Shown piece after piece: positions 11,977 through 25,477 of a stretch of DNA of 64,000 nucleotides. Location: positions 11,346,001 to 11,410,000 of the forward strand of contig NC_092672.1 in assembly GCF_964355755.1 (NCBI RefSeq), written 5' to 3'. How positions within the stretch are numbered: the first letter of the stretch is position 1; every line of letters begins with the position of its first letter. The notes below the pieces were generated by a model. The model ran no database searches, was not told the DNA's origin, and saw nothing but the letters and a program-made list of their open reading frames with translations. Source of the DNA: Antedon mediterranea (Eukaryota > Animalia > Echinodermata). The position numbers and the translations under genes were made by a program.

Positions 11977-12702
11977 TTAAGTACATTATTATTATTAAGG
12001 TGTATACAGTAAGTAAAAGACAGTGAATGTTGTCATGACATCTGTAGTTTAAAACTTGTCATGTAAATCACATTATATCAGTTGAAAACTATTAATTGAT
12101 TGATTAAATTACGGTAATAAATTAAATTTGTTACTCTTTAAAAAGTCAATTAGTATTAAAACATAAATGACACAAAAATTTGTTTTCAAAGTTTTAATAT
12201 GATTATTTTGTAATGTGTAAAAAGTAGCTCTCTAAATATTTTCAGTAGAATATTGAATTTTAATTGCATTTAAGAAATTACTTATTTTAATTACCTAATG
12301 AAGAGATCAATATAACAGATCGTATAATCCATTAAATACACGATGATCTACAAACTTGTATAATCACTTCCATTATCCATTTGCGTTTCATCCAAATGAC
12401 CTCATTCTGGTTCTTCTTGCGTATGTTGAAAATGTATTTTATTTTATATACTCATGAAGACAGACTTCCCAATGTCAAAAGTTCAATGGTTATAAATTCT
12501 TTTGTAATTAATAAAAAATATATTGGAAATATACTACAGTACTACTTTTCGCAGTGCAGGATTCTATATGAAGTATTTAGCATAGTTTTCACATTCACTC
12601 CATACTATACTATTATGATGAATGACAAAATAGAAGGCAAAAATATCGTTATGCTGAGATGAAGGAATGGAATAGGCAGTAGGATATTTAATGCACAGAA
12701 CT

Positions 12703-13084
12703 CAGGTGTTGATCCAGGAAGGTTGTACTTACAGTAGGGCAATCGCGGGTATTGTTAAACTGTGCAAACCATGCACAAACTTTGCAAACCCCCCAAAAAC
12801 CCACGCAAACCAATTAATATTAGATTAGATCCTAACCAGAACAATAAAAGGAAACAATTTCTGAAAAACAAATTTAGAATTTGTTATAAATTGGCATTTT
12901 TTGGGTGAAAAAAAATTTTTTTGGGGAAGGGGGGGGGGATGGGGCTGAAATTACAGATTTCACAATATAGCCCCAAAAACCTTGCGCAATCCTCCTCCTT
13001 CTTTGACAGCTAAAATAAATGTATGAATTATATATATATTTAACAGTACTCCCCCGTTTTTAAAAATACTGGATACGCCCCCTG
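12703..13084. mobile_element. Decayed hAT-like MITE (CAGGGGCGGATCCAG-type termini)
   Basis: CAGGTGTTGATCCAG ... CTGGATACGCCCCTG; no clean TSD. Confidence 0.55.
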
Positions 13085-16000
13085 GAAGCAGATAAACTAA
13101 ACTTGATACAGATTTGAATAAAACTAGACTTGAATATTAACAAAAAATAATATATATATATATATATTATAAATTTAATAAAATATAATTCAAAGGTAGA
13201 CCTAAAGTAAATTAAACTAATTTGAAAATGACTGTAAACACACATGTAGGTCATACCACAACCTCAAAATTCACATTTAAACTTGTTTTACTGTGAAACA
13301 TAGTGATACTCATTGTCACCAGATGAGTAGATTTCCTGCCAATTCTGAAATAATATTTTCAAGTATCTGATTACAATCCGTGCGGATACCGAGTGCTAAG
13401 TTGGAGCTATAAACACTGCTTAGGCCTAGGCCTACTTTGCAGAATGAACATTCGCTTATTTCGGTCACTTACTGGATATATCGGCCAATTTTTCGCACTA
13501 GTGAGGATTAACACACTTGTTTATTACAGTAAAATTACTTTAAATGAGATCTACATGATAGAATGTCCACAACAGTCTATCCACTATACCATTATGTTCA
13601 TTTGTGGTATTCTGTTTTATATACAATGTATTAAATAACATCTTTATTGTTGTCTTGTGTATTATAATATATGTAAACTTTCCAGATATCAACTGTTTAT
13701 GTTTATAATTTCAATCAATTATTAAAAACAATTGTTATTGTCACCTTGGGCAAAATAATAGTGTATGTACTCTGTAAAGAATGGTATCTATCTTTGTATT
13801 CATACATTTAACAAAAAAAATGTCTATCGCCAAATAAACTGTTTAATTAAAAAATATGTTTGTTATATCAACTGCATTTCTGCTTTAATTTGTGCTCCCT
13901 AATAACTGTTTAAATCAATGACTGGTCATCGACAAAAATACCCAAAAGGACACTATGTTAGAAACACGGTGCTTTCAACTTTAAAAGTATTCTTAAAAAT
14001 TTACATCAATATTTTCAGCGTAGATGGCGTTGTTATCCTAGGCGATTGCTTACTAAATGCCCAAATTTCAATGGTAATATGCAACTGTATTTTCTTTATG
14101 ATTTAAGACGTACTGTATAGGCTGTTACTACATTAACAGTAGTAAGAAAAGCTATATTAAATACATTTCGGTTCTTATTCGTAATCAGTATTCATTGTTT
14201 ATTGGCGTTTGTTTATCCACAAAGTGCTGCTAAACAATAAACAACTGTAAATACAAGCGCCAGTTGTAGGACTCCACCTATGACAGTAATGTATAGGAAA
14301 AATTAGGAGTTTCATAAAAAAATCAACCTTCACAATTTTTCGACTTACACACGGACACATTTGGTGGAGTTGAGTTAATTTAATTATAAATATTAATTCA
14401 TTATATTATGATATTATGAAGATCAAACAATAAGTTTTCAACTATTTATGTAAAGTCATCAACTATTTATATAAGTCATCATGGAGAGAATATGTACCCA
14501 AAAGTAGAGAGGTTGCATTTTTCTCAATAGTTCGACATTTTTTACCCCAGTTATTTATCCTCCTTTTTTATTCAAAGTCTTTATTATATTCTACTACAGT
14601 AGTTTGAATAAAGCAAATGTGAACATGCAGAATCTTATCATGTTACCAGTTGTTTATAATAATTGATAATGACATAATTGTCACTTGTATTTACTCAATG
14701 TTGTCACATGTTTTATGACCCCGGACTACTAGACTGTAGTCTGGAGATGTGGGTAACACAGCAATCTAAATCTCCATATTAGCCTGGACATGTCAATTGT
14801 CGGTTGTTAAACTCTTGTCTTATTGACCGTTAAACATGGTATTACACCGCTTCCATCCGTGCTGTCCACCAACCATTAACGAACAAGTTATATCATGTTT
14901 TATGCTTTATCATAAACGACAACAGTTTGTCGTGTAATTATCCCAAATGATTCGTACAACTTAAAAATAGTTTATAATAATCATTGTTCATATGGCTTGA
15001 ATCTCCATTCAACGATAAACCAGTGCCGTTTAAACACGATAATATCTTTCGTGTAACCATTCTACGTGTGTTATTCCCAACTGCTTGTTAGAACGGTATC
15101 TGCCACCAATTTACATGTGCTTTGAATTTCTTTGTGTTTTTTCATATCTGATGAATCACGTGTTGTCTCACCACTGTGCACGCAATATATTTGGTACAAA
15201 ACCAAAATGATCATGTTTGTAATTACAGCCAAATTTGTCGAGTGAAAAATTTGGTTTAATTTAATTTTAAAAACATTTTCGTTATCTTTTGAGGTTTTTG
15301 TTTGGTATTTGAAATCTGCAATGTTAAAGTGGTTAATTTGCACTGGGTTTAAATACCTGTTGATCGTTTTTATCAAGGATCGCAGACCAGAAAACTAAAC
15401 TATTTTGTACGCATGATATTTTAAGGATGATCTAAGATGTCAGACCAAACAATTAAAAACCAAAATAGCTCCATAAAAGTTTTCAGCATCTTTGCTGTAA
15501 CAAACATCCTTCCTGATATTATTGTTTGACAATACTTTAAATTGGTCTATCCTAGACTGATGACTTTTCTTTGGCAGATTCACTGATTTTGTCAACCAAG
15601 TTGAAATTATGTAGTGTTTGATAGTAGTTGTTTTTCTAAAAGTGTCTACCACAAATTAGCAAAACCAGTCAAGGATGTAATTAGAAATATATGTGTATGT
15701 ATTATAAAAAAAATGAATACATCAATTAAATATTTCATTTTTTATTTCATGCCTATAGTATACCTACATATACCAATAGTACGGTAGTTTGTAATATTGC
15801 ACTTAATGCATAATTTTACGAAATTTGTTATGTGGTCTTTCTGTGATAATTACAGTATTTATATATATCTGAGGTGTCATAATCATTTCTAGATTTATAG
15901 GGCCGCTTCTGGGATGATCAGGAATATTTTGAATAGAAATGCTTAGTGTCAGATATGAAGATTTTGCAAAGAAAAGTTTTGTGCAAACCATGTTACTTTC

Positions 16001-19000
16001 GCGCATGCGTTTCGGGTGATTTTTAAATAATATATTTCTCTCAATCTTGTTTTCGTGTGGCATCACCGAGAGAAATTTTGTTAAGGCAATCCTTTGTATG
16101 ATTTAATGTACAAATGCTATCCCAATGAATTGAAAAAAAAACATAAAAAATGTAATGATAGACAACCGGACCACCGGAAGAGAGTCATGGAAAACGATTA
16201 AAACAACGCAATGCCGAAGAGTGTAACTTGATGTTGATGATCCCAATTTCCCAAACACTGTAGTATGCACACTACACACATGCACATGAAATATGTAAAT
16301 TACTCTACACATGGCATTGTCATGGCCTGTTTTATATCTAAAAGCACTTGCAATAAACTTACATCTTGTTTCTTTAGGTTCAGTCTACAGAAGCTAATGT
16401 GTTGTTTGTCCTCAATTTGCTTAATTAAATAAATAATTTAGGCTAATCTTTTGACAGCTTTTTTGTCCCAAATGAGTATGCTATGTGTTCTGTCTTATTT
16501 TCACTATCGCTCCTTGCATTCGTCAAATTTGTCTCTTTACACATTTCATAATTATATTGACATCGTAATCTTGAACTCCATTGATATAGTATCGTCAGTG
16601 CTTATTGGTATTCCTTTAACTATTTTATTACAACAATATTCTTGATAGTGAAAATCATATTCGTATGAAAGTGTTAAATAAAGGTTCTCTGGATATTTGA
16701 ATGTTGATTTATATAAATCAATGTTAATCACTCTTGAAAACTCAATCCCACAGACAATTGAGTTTGCTTCAAAGAACCTGTTTCTGCTGCAAAAAAGAAA
16801 TAACCGATTAATAACCATATGAATATTTCCCCCGATTTTCTTTGCAGCGAGCAAACAAATGGAAACATTTTCAATATTAATGACAACGTTAAAACACCCA
16901 AAGGATTGGGGTTAGAATTCCTTTGAATTGGTTATCGCTTTTGCAAACTTTCAGCTGCAACAAACAAACAAATATTGTTTTTTGATTGACAGCTGCAGAT
17001 GAATTGTCCATGAATGTTATTTGGGAGCACAAACTTAGCTTACGATCATTGTATATCTGATTAAACTATACAGATTAAAACAGTCCAAAATCAATCCACA
17101 TGCTGAATCTGTATTTGACCATTACCTTCAGGACCCCATCCCAGATCCCGCAAACTTCAATTTCTTTAAAGCTCAGGTACAGACATGAATTTTAAATATA
17201 ATATCTGGTTAATTGTACATAAATCAAATATTTTATTATTAAATCAAGACAAACAACATAAATTTCCCTTAAAATGGTCAAAATTCTGCTGTAAAAACCA
17301 GGAAGACTTTTTTTCAGTAGTTAGGTAGTTTAACCTAATGTAATAACATGTCTGGTGACTCCCTAGAAGGTGAAAAAAGAGGGTGGATACACAGTGGATA
17401 ATTTTTGCCAGTTAAATTGCACCTGATTGATTCTGATGCCATTTAACCAGTTATTGCCCTGTGAAACTTTAGCTGCAACACAAAATAATGGTTGACAGCC
17501 ATTACCCTTGGGGCAACTAAACTGCAGTAATGTTTGAATTGACTGCCAGAGCCCATTGCATTATGGGTAATGCTAAAGATTTCGATCGACGACCACACTG
17601 CTTTAAACCGTATTTTGGAGCAACAGAAGTGCAGTTGATATAAAAATTATATTTTAAATCTATCATAAAATAAAAGGTTTATTCATGTATATTCAACAAA
17701 TTGTAACTTAAAGGCAGTGCATCGGTATTATATTATGGTAACAATAAATACATACAGCTAGCTTTTAAAACATTTGAAGTATATTAAAATATTATTTGTA
17801 TCAATATTGCCATTAAGAGAATATAGACAGGTCCTTTGTGATAAGTCTGTATTCATAATGTTACACATGAGCCAATGATTGTGTTATCACACCTGGACAG
17901 GTGTGCTAAATTAACATCCAGGGAATTCATGTAGTAGACTTTACTAGTCAATCTACAATAATAGAAAATTACAATAATATAGTATTAACAAACAACACTA
18001 ATGTGATTTTCACAGTGAAAAGTGGGTCAAGTGTGGATATTTCAACTTTATAATACTATTAAAATGTAATACCGTTGTTAAATAAAAAAATAATAAAGTT
18101 ATTCCTTGAAAATGTCCTTAAAATGTTATAAGAATCGATGATGTATGTAGTCAGCATTCCCAGCCAATGATGTCTATGTTTAGAAATATAGGTACTGTAT
18201 AATAATTTCTTATGTTGTATTTCCATTGTATACAAAAAAAGATGTACTTAAAATTATATTAATAATTATGTATTAAAATAGGTTGGTGAAACATTAGAGA
18301 TTGTCAAACAATGCCCCTGGGTGTTCTGCATTATTACATTAATCATATGGGAATAATAATAATTCCTTAGAATTCATTCATAATATCATGTCCATAGGGA
18401 ATGTAAAGTGCAGCTTAAAGGTCCTAATAAATAAGGTGCCAATTGATAAAAGGGATTTAATTGAGGAATGGGGATAATGAATGATTGCTACAAACAAGAG
18501 GATATATAGGCTTATTAGCCTTCAATGGAAATGACCCTTTAACTATATAATATTGTTGTAATGCTATTTAATATACATGTAGGCTGTGTCTTATACAATA
18601 AAGTAGATGGCTCTATAATAATGTCAATATCTGAACTTGTTAAGTAGTTGGCAATCAACTTATACATGATCATTCATTGTCTATGTAATGAACATTGTCA
18701 CAGTGTCCCTGTTCATTAGTGATAGAGTATTGATGCGAAAAGCACTGAATTGATATGTCGTACCTTTCTCCATACTGTTTCGTCATGTCTTGCACCTCGT
18801 TCCAGATAGTTCTAATGTCAAATGAGTTCCTATCTTTAATACATAGTATCCTAATTTTTTTTTTCACGTGTATAATCGTAACTGATCAAGAAAGTGTTTT
18901 TCTATCTCAGCTTCTTCACATACCATATTCTTTATTCATTAAAAATGGAATGAATAAGTTTTCAATAATACTGAAGCTGATCATTAGGGACTCACAGAAC

Positions 19001-20325
19001 AATACAATTTGACAAGACAGTGACACCAACTAATACAAAAATAAAATAGAATTTAACATGAATAATATAAATCATTAAAGGGATAAAAAAAAAAGTTTAA
19101 AATATTTATATACTGTCATGATTTTACATTGTTAATTGTTTATGTTATATAAACATAAAAAAAAACCCATTTTTTCCACTTCATCCCCATTTTTTTAGGT
19201 TGCGATTTGACATCAAAACAACAGACAAATTATATAGGCAGGTTATTAAAGTACTGTGGTCTATAAATATGAGATGACAGTCATAGTCAAAATAACTGAA
19301 AAGTGCAAAACTTATTTAAAGAACATATTTTGCATTTATAAAACATTAATCATGAAAAGTATATTTAAAATTTATTTATGACATATGAATAATTTAATAT
19401 TAATCCAATTTTCCAGAAAAACTCAGAAATATCACTTGGTACTGTACATTGTTACATTTTCTCATTCTGAGTTTGATGAAGAAAAAAAAAATGTCATAAC
19501 TCATCTGAAATGTGATCCAATTCTACCATTAAAATGATTAATCCCTGGCAATCAAAATGATTACTGAAAACGCTAATACTGAGAATGTCATTTATGCTTG
19601 ATATTTATGGTATCACAGTACATAGTGAAGGGTGGGAAAGTTCAAACAACAGCTTTTATATAAAAGTCACCATTTTGATTAGAACATACTGTACTGTAGT
19701 TAATTTTGATCATCCTTAAACTAATTAAACTGAATGGTTGCATGATAAATTAAATTTAGTATGTGTTTGTGTCCGCCTGCAGGAGAATGTTTTTCATAAA
19801 CATGTTTTCCCTGTTTATGAGGAGTATGAAAAAAAAGAAAGATTTAAAACTGTGTTTTTACAGAATAACATTTTCTTGCACTTTAAAAAAACACAGAAAT
19901 GATTTTTTAAAAGCTCTATAGATTTTTCTCTTGATCGCAAAGGGTAGTTTCTCATTTGATTGAATAATCCACAAGAAATAATGTGGTGCGGTTTTCACAA
20001 GAAAAGGAAACATTCTCTGTTCAAGCCACTGGGTTGTCAAAGGTCTCTGTCTAAAAGTGGTCAGGTTGAAACCTTACCAATGGCTACGACCCTGTGGTGG
20101 GAACATTTGACTACGAACCGGTACTCTCCGTGAATGTCGTAGTAATAAAATAACCAATTACAGTATCAACTTTTCTTATTACTAATACCAAAATTGATTT
20201 TAAAGTTTTTATCTAGCCATCATTTTAACAGTGAAGTTTATGAAATCTTATATACAATTCTGCAAATAACTTCCGCCTAAAAAAACTACTGGCAATACCT
20301 ATACACTTGGTTTTGCATCTGTAGT

Positions 20326-20745
20326 CAGGCCAGTAGCCAGAATGCATCAGAGGAGGGTTTTCTTGACACCAATTATTTTACGAGCGCAGCGAGCAACTGT
20401 AGGCTGGGGGCCAGGGTCCGAAGGCCCCTGGAAGCTTTGGCTCTCATCAAAATGAGCAATTTTGTTTTAATCAGCTTACAGCAGAGACATTTTTTACCTA
20501 CTAAAATCTGAGTTATGCAGAGAAATTATATAATATACTACAGTATTATGGAAGTTAATAGTCAATAAAAGTAAAATAACCAAAAAATCTGCTATAATTG
20601 ATAAATTGCACGATTTTGGAAGTGGGGCGTTTGTTTTTGAAGGGTGGGGGGGGAGGGTGGAGGGGTGTTCGCTGGTAAAAGGAGGGGTTCGCGCAAAAAG
20701 GGGGGGGGGGGGGTTCGCCCGAAAATAACCCTCACTACGGGCCTG
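20326..20745. mobile_element. hAT-like MITE (CAGGCCCGTAG TIR) with apparent 5-bp TSD
   Basis: CAGGCCAGTAG ... CTACGGGCCTG; flanks GTAGT / GTACT; G-run and GGGGTTCG subterminal motifs. Confidence 0.7.
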
Positions 20746-22460
20746 GTACTGTAGTAGTAAATTTCACAAGAAGGGACTATTACATCCATAGGCTCTTCGG
20801 TATCATGTAATAGAAGAAAGTTGTCAGGAAATTTCAATGTCATAGGCTAATTATTGGTTGTCACTTTATGGAATATGCCATAAAGCTTTGATAGGTTGTG
20901 TGTATCATTTGTGTCAATGACTGATGGTAATGATTCGAAGATGTAGCTAGAGGCTACATTTAATAATATGCACTACTGTGTAACACTGGCATATAATATA
21001 TTAATATTCACTCTAACAAATCATCATTTTCATAATTTTTTTTTATAAAAATGCTAATATTCATGATAGCTATGATCATTGACAATGACATGTAATATGG
21101 TTATATTAACTAGAAGCATCACCTGTGTGACCTTGCACAATGTAACAATCCATGGAGGTATATCTGATTTTTCAACATCTCATCATAATGGTATATTTTT
21201 GTGGGTCTTATACCTCCATAGTCTATTTCATTTTTAGCCTATTAAAAAGCCTATAAACAACACAAAAGAGTCCCTTTAACGTATAATAATTCATCAACCA
21301 TGCCCTCATGTGGGTACGGCCACATTTTTCCATATATCAATGAATGAATAATAATAATTATCCAAAAAAATGTACTCCAAAAATATAGGTACCTACTATA
21401 AGTCATCTATTTATTGATAACATACCAACCAATTACAGAGTTTCATAATACTTTTCTCTCATATATTTTGAGTTGAATTTATTATATAAAAACATTATAG
21501 TGGCCCATGAATACTGATGAAAAATAGAAAATTACCAACATTGAAATCCTTTTACAAAATACCTAAAATAAATGTCACTTTAGCTTAAGTTGTTTTTGAC
21601 AGTGTTAACCAAACCTTTTAAATCAATTCCTTTATCACATTTTCTCAGTTTTCCTTAGGCCAATTTTAACAGTTGGCATAGCAACAGTTGGTCATTCCCC
21701 AACTTTCAGTACAAATGATTTAATCAGCTCACTGGTCACATAATGTTGGCATGGCAACAGTTTGCTGTTCCCTAGATACAGTACATGACCATTAAATTGA
21801 ATGTCAAGGTTTATATTAGTGGAGATGGATACATTGGATTATATTAAATATTCATTTATTACTGATGTATAGTCCTTAGGGTGGTATGAGAATGTCATAT
21901 TAGATTTTAACAGTACCCCTGTTGATATCTCCATCAATGCAAGTCATGTGACATGCTAGAATAATGTGAGGTATTAGCCTAGAATTGCTAGTTTAAAATA
22001 GTACACAATGCTGAATCTAGTACATTAGAGGCACATTATAAAATAAACAAAATTAGAATTGTCAAGAAATTTACAATTGTAGATTTGCAGTAATTAGATA
22101 TAAAGTTTTCAAATTAAAAACTGTTTTGTTATTTAATCAAAAGGTTTTCATCAAAAGCTGTCATTGAAAAGTACTTCAAAATGTAATCATGCTGTTTCTA
22201 AACAAAACAAACTCATCTGTTGTGCAATCTGGTTTCAGCTACTCAAGAATCCAACAAATAATACACAAATTTACGTAGTCAGCTTATGAAAAATCAAGCA
22301 AAGAATCCGCAACTATTAGGCTTTAGAAAAATAACAAATAACCTTATTTTTCCCCCTAAATTTAAAATCAAGTATACCCTCCCAATATCAGAATTTTATG
22401 AAGATCCACAAATAGGTCAAATGTTTTAAAAGGAGTTCCATCATTGATTGTATAAAAAAA

Positions 22461-22540
22461 GGTGGAGCTATAGCTTATTGCCTTCCAATCCCAATGTCCA
22501 GGGTTCAATCCTAACCTGCGCCAGGGTTGTAAACTCACAA
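22461..22540 (+). mobile_element. tRNA-derived SINE head (decayed)
   Basis: Pol III B-box GGGTTCAATCC at about 22501 within a tRNA-like context; no intact cloverleaf. Confidence 0.45.
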
Positions 22541-22711
22541 ATCGTTCAACTCCACTCCCTAAGCATAAATTGAGATTTTTAGTGTATAAGCGTGAGACAT
22601 TTTAAAATAGTTTCTCCACAGACCATTTCCTGATACGATGTTGTACAAATGTTGTAAAGTGTATTATAATATATTTTGTATTAACAATAGTTATTTCATT
22701 ACTTATTACAG

Positions 22712-23372
22712 TGGCTTGAAACTGGGGCAAGTTATAATAGATTATATCAAGTTTGCGCTATACTCAGTAGTGGTGGTCAGAACTTTTGGCTTCGAACACC
22801 GTACCTGCCACGATCAGGTGCAAACCGAATACATGTGGAAATAGAATTTACGATGTCGTCTTGTGATGGTAGAGGAGATGAATTGGTGCTTTCATGCAGA
22901 GAAACATTTGATTTGTATTACATAGAGGCAAATTATGATTACGCCACTGCAACTACACCGTCTTGGCAGTCACCACCATATACAAAGATTCGCAGGATTG
23001 CCGCAGATGGTAGATTTTCAATGGAGAACCAAGATGTCCGAAATAAGGTCACCGAACATTTTGGACCAGTTACGCAAAATGGATTCTACCTTGCTTTCCA
23101 AGATCAGGGTGCGTGCATGGCCATTTTACGCGTACGTATCTACTATGTCACCTGCCCGTCTGTTATCGCAGGACTTGCTAGATTTCCGGAAACAATTACA
23201 GGATCGGAGGTTACATCTTTGGTGAGTGTTTCTGGTACGTGTTTGGAAAACACAGAGCGAATTGGTTCTCATGATCCAATTTTTCAGTGCCAAAGTGGTG
23301 GCATGTGGACTTTGTTGCAAGGAAGCTGTGGATGTAAACCAGGCTATCAGTCTCAGGAGACCAGTTGCTCAG
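22712..23372 (+). CDS. Eph: Eph receptor tyrosine kinase, exon 3 equivalent (ephrin ligand-binding domain plus Sushi-like Cys-rich region)
   Basis: TTACAG acceptor and G|GTAGGA donor. The open frame WLETGASYNRLYQVC...QNFWLRT...IEFT...SCRETFDLYY...IAADGRF...GFYLAFQDQGACMA...YYVTCP...LARFPET...SLVSVSGTC...C...G.W...GSCGCKPGY contains the hallmark Eph motifs. It includes ORF 22835..23428. Confidence 0.97.
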
Positions 23373-25477
23373 GTAGGAATACTGATTTTCTCTTTCTTTT
23401 ATCCATTTGTATCATTATTGTGTGTTAAATGGTGTTTAACTTAAAACACTGTATACATGCCATTTGGGCAAAGAATGTCTGTCTGCAATGTTTACTTGCC
23501 ATCCTTTTATAAAATTAACTGTAAAAGAAACCCACTACTATGTCCTTGTACTCTGTTCCAATATGATGTTTGAATTAAGTCTGTTGTGTTAAGCATGACT
23601 TTGTTATGTTGTGGCCAAATATCCAGTAGTCTTCTTTATTGATGTGTTTTTCACCCTTTTCATTCATTTTAGCAGCAAACTTTTATGTAATAAAAAAAAA
23701 TTTGCCTGCTTGTCTTTTTAAAAATATCTTATTTTCAGTGATTGTTTTTAGCTATACAGGTTGCTATACCTTTATAAAGGTTGGCATTCGGACCAAATAT
23801 CAACCATTTTCAGTCAGATTGATGTTTGATCCATGTGCTTTGTTTTATTATATTGAAAACATTGCCTAAATGGTAATATATATCATTCATTTTTGTCTAT
23901 TTCAGTAAAAATTCTTGAGTATAAATAATTATGAAGCAGAACATTATAAAAAACAAATTAGCTTTTTCTGAAGAAATGAAGAGAAAAAATGTCCAAATGA
24001 TTGATGTGTTAAATGTTAAAGAATGATAGCATTATTGAGTTCAAAGACAGGTCAATTGATGCACAATTTAATAATTGAGGCTGCTTTCAGATAGTATAGG
24101 TTTTAAATGTATACATTGTAGTCTGTTTTACTTTTAACTTTTATAATCATTGCGGGCTCCTTCTGTCTCTGTAAAACAGTTTAATTTGTGCAAACAAGGT
24201 ATAGTATTGACAATAAACTGATTATATGTGATCATTTTGTGAGGGGTCTCGTTGGCTGTAGAATTCAATTCTAAATGTGATTGTTTTATGTAATCATTTG
24301 AAATCTTTGGTTTTAATAACTGTAAATTTAATTTAGCATCAATATTTGAAAGTATACTGAAAGGTTATTGATTGTTCAGGCAGTCTACAATATTTCGAAA
24401 ATAGAATTTAATATCCTAAGACAAGATTATAATATCGATTAATCTCTTTTATTGAGTTTATTAATTCTTTTTTATGTTAACAATAAGTTTGTACAAGGCT
24501 TGAAGAAGAGTGGACAACTAAACCTTGGTTGCTGGACATTTTGCTCTGCACTGTTTTGGTGGTGATAATGTGTGCCATTCATATACTGTAATGTCACGCA
24601 TTATGCCTTTCCGTTGACACATACGTCTTGCCACATACGTATAGTTTATATAGAATATTTTGGCTTGTTTTTCAAGTCAGCTCAACCTGTTATACTAGCA
24701 TCTTCTAGATCTAAATCATATGCTTCATTTTCCATCCTATGAAAGTATGTCAACCTGTATTTAAGAGAAAGCTACAGAAGTTTATTAACTTTCCAAAATG
24801 ATTTATTGAATATTGAATAGAATGTAATGACTTCTTAGAAAAAGCTTTTTTCTTTTATTTTACATTAAAAGATACAATTTGAAATTTTATACGAACATTC
24901 TATCTGTTTTTATATATTTTTATAAATAATTTTTTTAATACAGTTATAAAAACTGATTGCCTTCTAAATGCTTGCGTTTGTATGAAATATGGTATAGTTT
25001 ACTATTTAACAATTTTTTTAAAATGTTTTGTATGCTGTTGTTAAGCCAGCTACCTTTATATATACTGTATTTATAATAAATTGTTTTATGTAAAGCATTC
25101 AATTTCAGCCATCAGCTGCTTATTGCTATTTTTAGACAATTAAAAATAAATAATAAATATAAATAAACTTTTCAGTCAATTTGAAAAAAAAACCCAAAGA
25201 ACAAACAATTATTTACTTACATTTACATAAATTTTAAATATGTACTATTAAAGAGTCACCTTTAAAACAAATGAGATTAAAAGTAATTTACATTATCTAT
25301 TTATTTTATTTTTATTTCAAACCAGTAGTAAACTCAAGGTTCACCATTTATAGGAGGGAACACAGACAAACATCAAACAATGATAAAATACAATATGTTA
25401 CAAAAATGTACGAAATTTATTGCTAAAAATATCTAACTCTGGATTTGTTAAAGCAAAAAAATTAAAAGTTTGACTTA

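Noticed and set aside
22461-22540. Functional tRNA gene
   Set aside because: Only a B-box-like motif is present; no acceptor stem or cloverleaf can be formed.
23373-23428. Hydrophobic read-through tail (FLFLLSICIIIVC) suggesting a truncated membrane-anchored Eph isoform
   Set aside because: It is T-rich intron sequence after a canonical donor; nothing in the sequence supports intron retention.
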